DNA of 64,000 nt. It comes from Candidatus Omnitrophota bacterium (GTDB taxonomy: Bacteria; Omnitrophota; Omnitrophia; Omnitrophales; Aquincolibacteriaceae). The notes under the pieces are model-generated. The model was not told the origin of the DNA. It worked only from the letters and a program-made list of their open reading frames with translations, and did not search any database. Both the position numbers and the translations under genes were made by a program. Below, piece by piece: positions 29,702 through 39,722 of the stretch (within the stretch, counting starts at the first letter, position 1; every line of letters starts with the position of its first letter). The stretch is from contig CAIOAT010000050.1 in assembly GCA_903856085.1 (NCBI GenBank), forward strand, positions 422 through 64,421. Direction: 5' to 3'.

Positions 29702-29749
29702 ACAGAAAAGCTGTTAGCGAAAAGCATTAAGAACTTTCCCATTTCACGC

Positions 29750-30265
29750 TCATCGTGTCCGGCGCTTTAGAATTTGATCACTGTAAGAATCCGCGACGAG
29801 ATCTTTTGCGCGTATCCCAAAAAGCTTTCGATAAAACTCGCATTGTTTTTTAAGATTCGCGATTTTTCCACGTCCGAACACCTCAATCTCCACAAATTTC
29901 CCAAGCCCATTAACTTGATCGATGTGGAATTTCACATTCCGGATAAAATAGATCTCGCGCTTTTTATCGACTACGGCCAAAATGCCGAGCGCTCCGACCA
30001 GGACTTTTTTAAGCGGCGTCTTTTTTTTGCAGGGGAAAAGAATGGAGTCGCATTTCTTGGATTTTCTTTGATCCTTCCGATTGTAATAGATGAGGGCATT
30101 CTCGATATCGCCTTCGCGGAGCTTTAACCGACCCGTAGGAGCACGAAAATACGTGTCGATCTGATGATCGAAGCCTTTAAAGACTGCGCGCTGGATCTTG
30201 AGAATGGCGCGAACACGTCCCGGATCAGGGCATCGCGCCTTGATCTCAATTGAGGTGCTTCGCAT
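29750..30265 (-). CDS. CYTH-domain protein (CyaB-like class IV adenylate cyclase / triphosphate tunnel enzyme)
   Basis: 171 aa with an EIKARC N-terminus and an ExE-containing beta-tunnel pattern. Confidence 0.6.
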   Translation of the reverse strand: MRSTSIEIKARCPDPGRVRAILKIQRAVFKGFDHQIDTYFRAPTGRLKLREGDIENALIYYNRKDQRKSKKCDSILFPCKKKTPLKKVLVGALGILAVVDKKREIYFIRNVKFHIDQVNGLGKFVEIEVFGRGKIANLKKQCEFYRKLFGIRAKDLVADSYSDQILKRRTR

Positions 30266-30274
30266 GAAGAAATC

Positions 30275-31501
30275 TCAGGAACGCTTCAAGGGAAGCGTGA
30301 AAGCAAACGTGGACCCCTTGCCCGATTGGCTCACGACCTCGATCTTTCCGCCGTGGGCCTCGACCATGCGCTTGGCGATCGCGAGCCCCAGTCCTGTGCT
30401 TTTTTCACCGGCAGTCGGGAGCACGTTGGTCTTTCCAAAATAGTGGAACAGCTTGGAAATTTCGCTGGGGGGAATGCCCTGCCCCTGATCCGTGACAGAG
30501 ATCACCACCTCCTGGTCACGGGAAATGGCCCGCAGAGTAATACGGCTTTGGGGCTTTGAAAACTTGATCGCGTTCGTGATGAGATTGTTGATAGCCTGAT
30601 CGATACGACTGGGATCCATCGAAACTTTCGGAAGACCTTCCGGGATCTCCAGAACCAGTTCAATCGACTTGGCTTTCGCTAAGAGAGTGTTGTACCGTGC
30701 ATTTTCTCTCAAAAAAGTAGCCAAGTCGATTTCTTGCAGGACGAGGGTTAGATGCCCTGACTCGATGGCACTGACATCGAGCAAATCGTTGATCAAAGCG
30801 AGCATTTTGTCACAGTACTCGGCGATGGCTCGGATCGGTTTTTTCTGGGTCTCGTCGAGTTCTCCCATCAAACCGTCCGTGAGAAGATCCGCGTAACCTT
30901 CAATGACCGCGATAGGACTTCGGAGATCATGCGCCGCCATCCCAAGGAATTTATTCTTGAGATCGTTGAATCGAACTAGTTCTTCATAGAGCCGGCTTTT
31001 TTCGAGCGTCAAGGCAAGCTGACCCGCGATCTCCTGAAAAAGCTCCGTGTGTGCATTCCGATAGTTATCAACCTGAGTGCTCGAGAAAAAAAGAAAACCG
31101 ACAGGTTTCCCCGAAGCGATGAGCGGACACGTCAGACTCGAACGCATCCCCTCCTCCACAATATCGCGTGTGGATTTCGAACCCGGATGGTCCTTGAGAT
31201 AACCCTCCAGATCGTTCAGAATGCGCGGCTTGCCGGTCTGAAGGACCTTTTCCAGACTGCTGCCACGCATACCTGCAGAATAACCTTTTCCAATCTTGAT
31301 CAGGGGTGATTCCGAGCGGGCCCAATACGCCCGCAAAAGGGCGCCATTCTCTTCTAGAAGCGAGAAGCCGATCCGGCTATAAGGGATGATCGCGCGGAGA
31401 GAACCGTACGCGTAGTCCAGAACCTCGTCGAGGACTTTCCCGGCATTGATCTTCTCCGTAATCTGGAGAAGCGCCTTCAATTCTTCTTCCCGAGTCGCCA
31501 T
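30275..31501 (-). CDS. GAF-domain sensor histidine kinase
   Basis: A GAF domain, the HisKA H-box AHDLRSP and an HATPase domain ([18 protein letters not shown]). No response regulator is encoded nearby. Confidence 0.8.
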   Translation of the reverse strand: MATREEELKALLQITEKINAGKVLDEVLDYAYGSLRAIIPYSRIGFSLLEENGALLRAYWARSESPLIKIGKGYSAGMRGSSLEKVLQTGKPRILNDLEGYLKDHPGSKSTRDIVEEGMRSSLTCPLIASGKPVGFLFFSSTQVDNYRNAHTELFQEIAGQLALTLEKSRLYEELVRFNDLKNKFLGMAAHDLRSPIAVIEGYADLLTDGLMGELDETQKKPIRAIAEYCDKMLALINDLLDVSAIESGHLTLVLQEIDLATFLRENARYNTLLAKAKSIELVLEIPEGLPKVSMDPSRIDQAINNLITNAIKFSKPQSRITLRAISRDQEVVISVTDQGQGIPPSEISKLFHYFGKTNVLPTAGEKSTGLGLAIAKRMVEAHGGKIEVVSQSGKGSTFAFTLPLKRS

Positions 31502-31600
31502 ATTTCCCTCAATGAGTATGAAAACGAGTCATCACGACTGCCCAAACTTTTCATTCCCTTTCCAAAAGGGTAGCTCGGACAGCCCCTATCTCAACTCCGC

Positions 31601-31620
31601 TGAAATTGATCGCATCGGGA
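31601..31620 (+). promoter_or_regulatory. Third partial copy of the element, TGAAATTGATCGCATCGGGA, in the intergenic region upstream of the GAF histidine kinase
   Basis: An exact 12-mer match to copy 2, which is expected by chance fewer than 0.01 times in 64 kb. Confidence 0.35.
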
Positions 31621-31695
31621 TTGTCCAAGTCGCCATCGATGAAAAGACAGACTTGGGTGCCATGAGGATTTTTCAGGATTTATAAATCAGTACTA

Positions 31696-32580
31696 TTAAA
31701 ATGAAATTTTCATTTTATTCTTGAGAGCGCTAGCGGTGCTTTTGACTCCTGAGGTCACGCCCTTCGCCACATTTCCAACAGTCCCCGGAGCACCCTTAAG
31801 CACACCCTTGGCTTCATCCGCCAACGCAGACGGGTTCTCTGCTGCAGTCTTCAAAGTATCCAGACTTTTTGCCGCGGCTTGCGCTGCCAATTTCGTAGAA
31901 TTACCAAAAGCCCCTGTGAGGGTTCCTTCAAGTCCTCCGATATCAAAGCTCACCAGATTCGAGATTCCGGAACTCATCATCGCCTTCAGAACGATCAAAC
32001 GAACGACGCTATTGAGATCGGTGATATTCTGGTAACTTTGATCGAGGTTAATTCGGAATTCTTTCGTTGAAGGTTGGCCGCTCGAATAATCGACATAGAC
32101 GACTTTACCGATCTTAAGACGCATCATGTCGATCTGGACCGGCAGGGCCTTGGCGGGCGCTTGCGATCCCTTGTTCGGCGTTTGTGTGGACGCCCTTTGA
32201 GTTCCCTGCAAGGCCTTCAGCTTGTCCAGGTTAAGCACGCCTTGTTCATTCTTCACGACCGTAAACTGCTTCATATTAAATTCGAGATTCTCAAGATGAA
32301 CTTTGCCTTTCAAAATATCGGAGAGATTGTAATCGACAAGGATCTTCGGAATCTCGACCAACGTGGTGTCGTGAAACCCGGTGGGGTTCTTGACGACGAG
32401 ACTTTCGATGTCCACGAACGTATTCAAAAGATTAATGTCGAGCTTGCCCATGGAAAATGGCATCCCGGTCACAGCACGCACACCATTTTCTGCCGCAATC
32501 TTGACCACAATATTGCGCGCAAGCACCAACGCAACCAGCCCTACGATCACAAGCAGCATTAATTTTCCCAAGAGTTTCAT
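31696..32580 (-). CDS. Hypothetical N-terminally anchored protein
   Basis: One TM helix, then a soluble domain with an Ala/Lys/Thr-rich tail. Confidence 0.4.
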   Translation of the reverse strand: MKLLGKLMLLVIVGLVALVLARNIVVKIAAENGVRAVTGMPFSMGKLDINLLNTFVDIESLVVKNPTGFHDTTLVEIPKILVDYNLSDILKGKVHLENLEFNMKQFTVVKNEQGVLNLDKLKALQGTQRASTQTPNKGSQAPAKALPVQIDMMRLKIGKVVYVDYSSGQPSTKEFRINLDQSYQNITDLNSVVRLIVLKAMMSSGISNLVSFDIGGLEGTLTGAFGNSTKLAAQAAAKSLDTLKTAAENPSALADEAKGVLKGAPGTVGNVAKGVTSGVKSTASALKNKMKISF

Positions 32581-32638
32581 TTTCTTCTCCTTTTCATTTT
32601 AAAACGCCTCTGAATCATACCTTAGAATTCCAGTGACG

Positions 32639-34399
32639 CTAATCTACCACCGTTCTTTTCTCAGGCCTAGGTGTTTTAGCCGTACGCCGGAAGATCGCTT
32701 CTTCGACCGCGATCTCCTTGCGAGAACGAATGCGATTGAGATGATGTTCGATCCTTTCGTTGGGAATAGCCAATTGCTCGAGGACCAGCCGGTTCAGCTC
32801 ATGGCTTGCTTCCCACTCCTCCGTCACCACGATGTCCGCCCCCAACTCAAAAAGCTGCGGCATTTGCCCCTCGTAGCGCGCCCGGACCGCAAGGATCACG
32901 TCCGGATTCAGGTCCTGCACCACACGGATGATCTGCGTCATGCCGAGAGGATCCGGAAAGCTCACGATGACCGCTCTCGCACGGGCGATCCCGACCCGCT
33001 TGAGAACCTCCTGATTGGCCGCATCGCCATAGATCGCTTTCATATGCATCTTCTTCGCCTCGCGCATCTTGACCGGATTCATTTCGATGATAACGAATGG
33101 GATCTTTTCATCCTGAAAAGCCGTGGCCAGATCGCGCCCCGTCGGTCCAAACCCGCAAAGGATTACATGATCATGAAGCGCGGCCAGAGTCCGATCGGGC
33201 CGGGTCCAGTTCCGAGGCGGCATACCAAAGATCACAAACCGGCCGAGGATCTTCAAAACAAACGGGATCGACGCAAAAAGAAGTGGCGTCATCAACATGG
33301 TCAGAAACGCCGTCGAAAGCAAGACCTGATAAAGTTCCGGCGTAATGCGCCCTGAACCGCGCGCCATTTCGATGAGAAGGAACGAGAACTCCCCGATCTG
33401 CGAAAGAATGATCCCGGTGATCACCGCCACGCGCGGCGGGAACCCGAATGCCATGATCAGAAGCGTCATAATGACAAAATTGATAAAAAGCACCAGGCCC
33501 ACCACCGAAAGCACGAGGACGATGTGGCTAAGGAAAAAGTGGACGTCGAAGAGAAGCCCGATCGAAACGAAAAAAATGCTCACGAAAAGATGGCGGAACG
33601 GAATGATGTCCCCGATCAATTGATGCGAAAAACCCGTATTCGCGAACATGAAACCGGCCAGAAGCGCACCAATGGCCATGGAAAGCCCGAGCGCCCCACT
33701 TCCCCATGCCATACCCAAACATACCACGACCGAAAAAAGGAAAAAGATCTCACGATTGCGGATCGCGGCCACGCGATAAAGGAGCTGTGGCAGGAGAAAA
33801 CGCGAGAAGAAAAAAGCCCCGGCCAGAAGCAGGACGGTCTTCAGAAGTGCAAGCCCGAGGGCCAGACCCACCGAGCTCATGGACTGCCCAAAAGCTGAAA
33901 GAAAGATCATAAGCGGAACAACTGCAAGATCCTGAAAGATCAGGATCGAGAGAGCAATACGTCCGTGGGGCGAGTCGATTTCGGCACGATCCATCAGGTA
34001 TTTCAGCACGATCGCGGTCGAACTCACGGCGATGACCGAACCGAGGAAAAAACTTTCGTAGAACGTCCAGCCACGCCACCACCCGAAAGCCATAGAAACA
34101 GCAATGGAGACAAGGATCTGTAAACTCCCGCCGATCACCGCGATATTCTGCATGCCACGCAGACGTTCGATGGAAAATTCCAGGCCGATCGTGAGCATGA
34201 GCAATACCACGCCAAGTTCGGCAAGCATCCGGATATGTTCACTATCGGAAAGAATACCAAGGCCCTGAGGTCCGATGATTACACCCGTCAGAAGAAAACC
34301 CAAGATCGTCGGAAGATGAAATTTTTGGAAGATCACGGCAACGACCGTGGCCATCAAAAGAACCAGAAGGATCTCAGTTAGAAATGAAGTAGTTCCCAC
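32639..34399 (-). CDS. kefB: Kef-type K+/H+ antiporter (CPA2) with a TrkA-N/RCK domain
   Basis: A multi-TM Na_H_exchanger fold followed by the Rossmann motif VILCGFGPTGR. GTG start with a GGGAG RBS. Confidence 0.8.
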   Translation of the reverse strand: MGTTSFLTEILLVLLMATVVAVIFQKFHLPTILGFLLTGVIIGPQGLGILSDSEHIRMLAELGVVLLMLTIGLEFSIERLRGMQNIAVIGGSLQILVSIAVSMAFGWWRGWTFYESFFLGSVIAVSSTAIVLKYLMDRAEIDSPHGRIALSILIFQDLAVVPLMIFLSAFGQSMSSVGLALGLALLKTVLLLAGAFFFSRFLLPQLLYRVAAIRNREIFFLFSVVVCLGMAWGSGALGLSMAIGALLAGFMFANTGFSHQLIGDIIPFRHLFVSIFFVSIGLLFDVHFFLSHIVLVLSVVGLVLFINFVIMTLLIMAFGFPPRVAVITGIILSQIGEFSFLLIEMARGSGRITPELYQVLLSTAFLTMLMTPLLFASIPFVLKILGRFVIFGMPPRNWTRPDRTLAALHDHVILCGFGPTGRDLATAFQDEKIPFVIIEMNPVKMREAKKMHMKAIYGDAANQEVLKRVGIARARAVIVSFPDPLGMTQIIRVVQDLNPDVILAVRARYEGQMPQLFELGADIVVTEEWEASHELNRLVLEQLAIPNERIEHHLNRIRSRKEIAVEEAIFRRTAKTPRPEKRTVVD

Positions 34400-34441
34400 A
34401 AACTCCCATTCTGTTGGAGAAAACGAATAACTCTTGGAACG

Positions 34442-34492
34442 GTCCCAGTACTTATTAATTTCAACAAAGTTGAAATTGAGGCAGTCCTTGTC
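34442..34492 (-). promoter_or_regulatory. Conserved cis element, copy 1, 45-95 bp upstream of kef. It contains an AATTTCAAC-N3-GTTGAAATT inverted repeat and a downstream TGGGAC.
   Basis: On the gene strand it reads ATTTCAACTTTGTTGAAATTAATAAGTACTGGGAC, near-identical in layout to the copy at 63770-63822. A second palindrome, TTCAATT-N4-AATTGAA, lies at 34540-34557. Confidence 0.5.
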
Positions 34493-34935
34493 CCAACCCT
34501 GATAAAAATTAACGGTTGGTTGGAACTACACTAATCACCATTCAATTTTTTAATTGAAATCAGTGTTGCCAACCCGCGAAGAAATCAGATTTTAGACAAG
34601 GACAGTATACAAAATCTCATGATCAATAATCCAGCAATATGCGCCTCCCTGAGTGCGGGCAATCTCAATACCTAACTGTTCTCGTCGACTATTCAAGTAA
34701 TGAATTTAAAGACAAGGGCCGTTAATGGAAAGGCCGAGACACCTGATTTTTTCCTTATGCCAAAGATCAAGTTTTATGCCCATAAATTGTCTTCAAAATG
34801 ATATCTTTTGCTATACGCAAGACTTCTTAATGTAAAAATTGATCGTTTATACTAGTTAAACAATCTTGCTTAACATCCCGCATAGACCTATACTTGTAGT
34901 AGAGATAGAAAAAAATAATTCCAGAAGGAGAAACG

Positions 34936-35388
34936 ATGAGAAGCAGACAGGAGAAAACGAAAAAAGCGCCTCGCAATAAACAGGCTGGTTTCACACTTTT
35001 AGAAGTCATGGTTGCCCTTTCATTATTTCTAGTTCTTTTTCTAGGCACGGCGGTATCCATCATCACGAGCACCTATCTTAGTTCTATCGTAAAACACAAG
35101 GTCCAAGCGATGTATTGGGCTCAAAGATTCATTGAGGAGCAACGCCGACTCCCTTTTGCGACCCTCGCAAGTCTTCCTTCAGCCTCTGTCTCTATCGATA
35201 CGAAGGGCACCTTTGTCACACCCGCGGATGATCTGTCGGGAAACAGGGTCGTCACGGTCACAAATATTGACACCTATCGAAAGAGAGTCAAAATCGAAAT
35301 GAACTGGCAGGAGAAGATCCTAGGGGGAACGATCACCATGCGGGAATATTATTCAACGGATATCGCTTTCGAGTCTCAACTCAACTGA
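34936..35388 (+). CDS. Prepilin-type minor pilin/pseudopilin (PilV/GspI-like)
   Basis: Class III signal peptide KQAGFTLLEVMVAL with Glu+5. AAGGAG RBS. Confidence 0.7.
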   Translation: MRSRQEKTKKAPRNKQAGFTLLEVMVALSLFLVLFLGTAVSIITSTYLSSIVKHKVQAMYWAQRFIEEQRRLPFATLASLPSASVSIDTKGTFVTPADDLSGNRVVTVTNIDTYRKRVKIEMNWQEKILGGTITMREYYSTDIAFESQLN

Positions 35389-35403
35389 TAAAGGTGTGCA
35401 GCT

Positions 35404-35976
35404 ATGGCAGAATTGAGCTGTTTTCTAAAACACAGAAAAATCAAGCCCTCGAATGAGAAAGGATTTACTCTTGCGGAACTTCTCGCCGCAACCGCCCTGT
35501 CCGCTCTACTCACCGGCTTGATCCTCACGGCTCTGATATCGTCAAGACAGATCTGCACCTCAGTCACCGCAGACCAAGACCTTCAACAAACCGCTAACGT
35601 AATCATGAATAAAATCATCAAGGGGGGTTCGGAACCTGGCGGGATTTTTCGCCTTTCAGAGGCAACCTCTTATTCGATTGCCACTATCAGTGAGTTGCAC
35701 TTCACGGGAACGGACTCTATTGAAAGAAGATATTTTCTGAATAATACGGGAACATCCCTAGTGTACCGTCATCCGACAGCAACGGGTACACAGGACGAAG
35801 TTCTCTACACCGCTCCAACGGGAACGACACTCACGTTACGCTTCTGGCCGCTGGCAGGAAGCACTTATACCAATATTACGGTCGGCATTGATGTTGGGCT
35901 CGCCAGAGTTGTCAATAGTAGAAATGTCGTGGGTTCCGAGACAACGATGATCAATATAAGGAACCATGCCACATGA
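35404..35976 (+). CDS. Prepilin-type minor pilin/pseudopilin (PilW/GspJ-like)
   Basis: Prepilin motif KGFTLAELLAATAL. Confidence 0.65.
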   Translation: MAELSCFLKHRKIKPSNEKGFTLAELLAATALSALLTGLILTALISSRQICTSVTADQDLQQTANVIMNKIIKGGSEPGGIFRLSEATSYSIATISELHFTGTDSIERRYFLNNTGTSLVYRHPTATGTQDEVLYTAPTGTTLTLRFWPLAGSTYTNITVGIDVGLARVVNSRNVVGSETTMINIRNHAT

Positions 35977-37262
35977 TAACTCCCGTGAAGAATAAAAATA
36001 ATCGGGGATTTTTACTCACCCTGGTTATGATCTACACTTTTCTGATCATGGCCTTTCTAGGGACCTTTCTGGTTATGGTGACCGGGGGTCTCAGGCAGGT
36101 CAATAAAGCGATTGAGAGCACGCGTGCCTATTATGTCGCGGATGCGGGCCTTGCGGATGCTTTCATGCAGTTAAGAGCGGCAGCTTCTTTTCCCGCAGCA
36201 TTCAATGCGAACAATGCCGGTTACCCTGTCGGGCCTAACAATCTCAATGGGAGTTATACTGTGGCCGTCACAACCAATGGTGCAACATGGCCCACCTACA
36301 CGCTGGCGTCCCGAGGCACTTTTGGCAATACCACAAAAACTTTGACACTACGCGTCAAAGCCACATCGTACGCCAGATGGAATTACCTAAGCGTTACCGA
36401 AATCTCACCCACCTGGGGTTCCTTGTGGTGGGTGACGGGCATGTACTCCGAAGGCCCCATCCACACAAACGGTCAATTCAATATCTGGGGTTCTCCTATC
36501 TACAATGGCCCGGTAAGCCAAGTTTCTTCTGCGATCAATTACGGAAATGGCGGCCCCCCCACAGATAATCCTAATTTTCAGAAAGGAATTACTCTGAGTG
36601 CGGATGCCATTGCTTTTCCAACCACAGATCTCCTGACCAGCGTCCAAAGCGGCGCGTCACAAGCTCAGGGACTTTCGCTGACCGGTAACACCACGGTAAC
36701 CTTGGTATCCGATGGCACCATGAAAGTCACTAATTCGAACAAGGGTTGGAATGCCAAAAGCATGGCCATTCCAGCCAATGGCGCTCTTTATGTTAATAAC
36801 GGAGATGTCACTGTCGGGGGGACACTTAAGGGACAGCTGACCATTGGTACCAATAACAACGTTTTGATCAGCGGAAACATTCGCTACAACACGGATCCCA
36901 GGACAAATTCCACGAGTACGGACTTATTGGGATTAGTCGCAAACACTAATGTGACCGTAAAACAAAGCGCACCCTCGAACCTTGAGATCGATGCTTACGT
37001 TGTTGCTTTAAACGGCGCATTCCAATTGGAGAATTTTTCGACCGGCGGCTACAAAGGAGATATGGTTCAGTTTGGAGGCTTGATGAACAAATATTGCGGC
37101 CCCACGGGGGTCATGAATTCTCAAGGGGTCATTATTGACGGATATAATCAGCTGCAATACTACGACACGCGGCTTCAAAATACATCACCTCCTTGGTTCA
37201 CAGCCGCAAAAGACACGGCAACCAGGATCCTTTATTACAAGATCGATCTCAAAGAAACATAA
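35973..37262 (+). CDS. PilX-N-like large minor pilin (GspK-like; lacks Glu+5), 429 aa
   Basis: The N-terminus RGFLLTLVMIYTFLIMAFLG matches a PilX_N-type helix. A large Gly/Asn/Thr-rich beta domain follows. Confidence 0.55.
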   Translation: MITPVKNKNNRGFLLTLVMIYTFLIMAFLGTFLVMVTGGLRQVNKAIESTRAYYVADAGLADAFMQLRAAASFPAAFNANNAGYPVGPNNLNGSYTVAVTTNGATWPTYTLASRGTFGNTTKTLTLRVKATSYARWNYLSVTEISPTWGSLWWVTGMYSEGPIHTNGQFNIWGSPIYNGPVSQVSSAINYGNGGPPTDNPNFQKGITLSADAIAFPTTDLLTSVQSGASQAQGLSLTGNTTVTLVSDGTMKVTNSNKGWNAKSMAIPANGALYVNNGDVTVGGTLKGQLTIGTNNNVLISGNIRYNTDPRTNSTSTDLLGLVANTNVTVKQSAPSNLEIDAYVVALNGAFQLENFSTGGYKGDMVQFGGLMNKYCGPTGVMNSQGVIIDGYNQLQYYDTRLQNTSPPWFTAAKDTATRILYYKIDLKET

Positions 37263-37282
37263 GAATCTTCTAAGGAGCCGCT

Positions 37283-37750
37283 ATGACTGAAGATGGGAAA
37301 AAGATGCTCGCAATAGGCGTCATTTTATTTATTCTTGCCATTTTCGCGTTACATTCCGTACTCATGCTCAGGCTTAACCCGAAAAAAGCTCAAGAACCGT
37401 CTCTCGCAGCGCCGGTTCAAACTGCCGAACCTTCGGTGTCCGTACCGGCTCCAGAAGCCCCACTCTCTTCCGATGGCAGCCACCCGGTTGTCTCCATACC
37501 AACCGCTGAAGAAATAAAGCTAAGCATTGAAGATCAAAACCAGAAGCAGAAAGCTATGGAAGAACTGATGGCAACAAGAGACAGGAAAGCAAAAAAGGTT
37601 ATGGCCGCCGCCACCGCTGCATTATCTTCAGCTGGTTCCCAAGAAACAGTCTCTGAGGACAGCCCGCCACCGTTATCTCCAGAGGCAAGGGCCGAACGCA
37701 ACAAGGAGCTTCGAGACGGAATCAAAGCCCACCGCTACTTTCCCCGCTAG
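37283..37750 (+). CDS. Membrane-anchored Pro/Ala/Ser-rich protein, last gene of the pilin operon
   Basis: An N-terminal TM helix and a low-complexity periplasmic region. Confidence 0.4.
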   Translation: MTEDGKKMLAIGVILFILAIFALHSVLMLRLNPKKAQEPSLAAPVQTAEPSVSVPAPEAPLSSDGSHPVVSIPTAEEIKLSIEDQNQKQKAMEELMATRDRKAKKVMAAATAALSSAGSQETVSEDSPPPLSPEARAERNKELRDGIKAHRYFPR

Positions 37751-37773
37751 GAAGGAACCGGACCCCCTAAGCC

Positions 37774-38130
37774 CTATTTCTTTTTTTCCCACGCGCAGAC
37801 TTTTGGGATCTGGAGAAATCCGCTGTACTGAAGGAAGGAAACGCCAAGATATTGTTTTCCGGTCGCATTTTCACGAAAACGGAAAACACCGGCCGTCAGA
37901 TCCCCAAGCTTTGTATACCCCTTGCCTTCTGCGATCTTTCCCGCTGGGACCGTGGGGTCCCCCTGATCGTCGCGGCAAACTTTGTCCGAGAGCATTCCCA
38001 ACTGAGCGGAGTGGTAGAATTTATTGGCGGGATGATCCTTGGGGATCAAAGGAATAGTATCGCTCACCGGAGCAGAACACCCGGCGAAGAACACCACTAA
38101 AAGAATCTGTGCAGTGAATTTTTTTACCAT
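37774..38130 (-). CDS. Lipoprotein
   Basis: Lipobox LLVVFFAGC|S. Confidence 0.5.
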   Translation of the reverse strand: MVKKFTAQILLVVFFAGCSAPVSDTIPLIPKDHPANKFYHSAQLGMLSDKVCRDDQGDPTVPAGKIAEGKGYTKLGDLTAGVFRFRENATGKQYLGVSFLQYSGFLQIPKVCAWEKKK

Positions 38131-39515
38131 TTCCCGGTCTTTTGAGTCGAAGGTTTCGGATGGTGCTGAATCGTAGAGATCGCATCCTGCAGAAGCGAAT
38201 CAGGCAGGGCATATTCTTTCAATTCCCCGTTCAGGAATTTATCATAACCGCTCAAGTCCATAAGCCCGTGGCCGCTATAACAGAAAAGGATCGCCTTCTC
38301 TTTTCCTTCTTCGCGTGCCTTGATAGCCTCATCAATCGTGCAGGCAATGGCGTGACTTGTCTCCGGCGCGCAGATCGCCCCTTCCGTCCTGGCCCAAAGC
38401 ATGGCGGCTTCATAACACTTCAACTGATCGATCGCGCGCGGCTCGAGAAGCCCTTCCACCACACCCTGGCTCACAAGAGGCGACATTCCGTGATAACGCA
38501 ACCCGCCGGCGTGGATCGGTTCTGGAATAAAGGTGTGACCGAGCGTGTGCATGGGAAGAAGCGGCGTCATCTTCGCTACATCCCCGTGATCATAGCTGAA
38601 GGGCCCGCGTGTCAACGTCGGACATGCCGTCGGCTCCACGGGAATGATCTTGATCTTCGCGCCGTGGATCTTGTCGCAAACAAATGGAAACGAGACTCCG
38701 GCAAAATTGCTCCCGCCGCCCGCACATCCGATCACGATATCCGGCTGTTTTTCTCCGGCCAAGGCGAGCTGCTTTTTTGCCTCCAGGCCAATGATGGTCT
38801 GATGGAGCATCACGTGATTGAGAACGCTTCCAAGGCAATAGCGCGTCTTTCCGCTCGGATCGCCCACGGCCTCTTCAATGGCTTCGCTGATCGCGATCCC
38901 GAGGCTTCCGGGCGTCTTCGGATCTTTTTTCAAGATCTCGCGACCGGCATGCGTCTCATGGCTCGGGCTCGCAACACAATTGGCCCCCCACACACGCATC
39001 AGACTTTTCCGGAAAGGCTTCTGGTCGAAGCTGATGCGAACCATAAAAACTTTGCACTCGAGCCCCAGGAGTTGGGATGCAAATGCGATGGCACTTCCCC
39101 ACTGGCCGGCGCCGGTCTCGGTCGTAAGTTTCTTGATGCCGAATTGTTTGTTATACCAAGCCTGAGCCACGGCGGTATTGGGCTTGTGACTCCCGGCCGG
39201 GCTCACACTTTCATCTTTATAATAAATACGCGCGGGGGTCTTCAAATATTTTTCAAGATAGACCGCTCGCTTGAGCGGCGCGGGGCGCCAGCGATAGAGC
39301 ATTTCGAGGATCTCTTCCGGGATATCGATCCAGCGGTCCGTGCTCATCTCCTGCTCGATCAAATTCATGGGAAATACTTTCGCGAGCATGTCCGGTGAGA
39401 TGGGATTCCCGTCAGGCCCAAGCGGCGGCTGCATGGGCGTTGGAAGGTCCGCGGCCAGGTTGTACCACTGTTTGGGCATGTCCTTTTCACTGAGCGTGAT
39501 CTTGATATTTTTCAC
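38124..39515 (-). CDS. trpB2: TrpB-like PLP-dependent enzyme (TrpB2 family tryptophan synthase beta paralog)
   Basis: 463 aa. PLP lysine region ESVSPAGSHKPN. No trpA is nearby. Confidence 0.75.
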   Translation of the reverse strand: MKNIKITLSEKDMPKQWYNLAADLPTPMQPPLGPDGNPISPDMLAKVFPMNLIEQEMSTDRWIDIPEEILEMLYRWRPAPLKRAVYLEKYLKTPARIYYKDESVSPAGSHKPNTAVAQAWYNKQFGIKKLTTETGAGQWGSAIAFASQLLGLECKVFMVRISFDQKPFRKSLMRVWGANCVASPSHETHAGREILKKDPKTPGSLGIAISEAIEEAVGDPSGKTRYCLGSVLNHVMLHQTIIGLEAKKQLALAGEKQPDIVIGCAGGGSNFAGVSFPFVCDKIHGAKIKIIPVEPTACPTLTRGPFSYDHGDVAKMTPLLPMHTLGHTFIPEPIHAGGLRYHGMSPLVSQGVVEGLLEPRAIDQLKCYEAAMLWARTEGAICAPETSHAIACTIDEAIKAREEGKEKAILFCYSGHGLMDLSGYDKFLNGELKEYALPDSLLQDAISTIQHHPKPSTQKTGKW

Positions 39516-39710
39516 TTCTGACTCCTTTATTTAAAATGTCCGTGACCGCGTAAGTTCCTGCATAGTTTATCCATTTCCTGAAAATAATCATGGGTTTTTT
39601 GCTTTAGGGATTCTTCTCTCGCTCAAACCCGGAGTATTCTCTTCGTTTAGCTGAAAATCGAATGGAAGAGCCGTATCACAAAAAGATTTGTCGCGGAGGA
39701 GGATTCTCCC

Positions 39711-39716
39711 TATAAT
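39711..39716 (+). promoter_or_regulatory. TATAAT -10 box 6 nt upstream of the cyclase ATG, with no Shine-Dalgarno. This suggests a leaderless transcript.
   Basis: TATAAT CCCTGC ATG, with TTGTCG 17 bp upstream as a weak -35. Confidence 0.35.
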
Positions 39717-39722
39717 CCCTGC

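Noticed and set aside
31663-31683. Perfect 8-1-8 palindrome AAATGAAATTTTCATTT at the 3' end of the 31696-32580 gene
   Set aside because: It lies within the last codons (KNKMKISF*) and is AT-only. It is not a convincing terminator and is probably a coding coincidence.
34400-34935. Searched the AT-rich leader of the pilin operon for a c-di-GMP (GEMM) riboswitch and a sigma-54 (TGGCAC-N5-TTGC) promoter
   Set aside because: No convincing match to either consensus was found.
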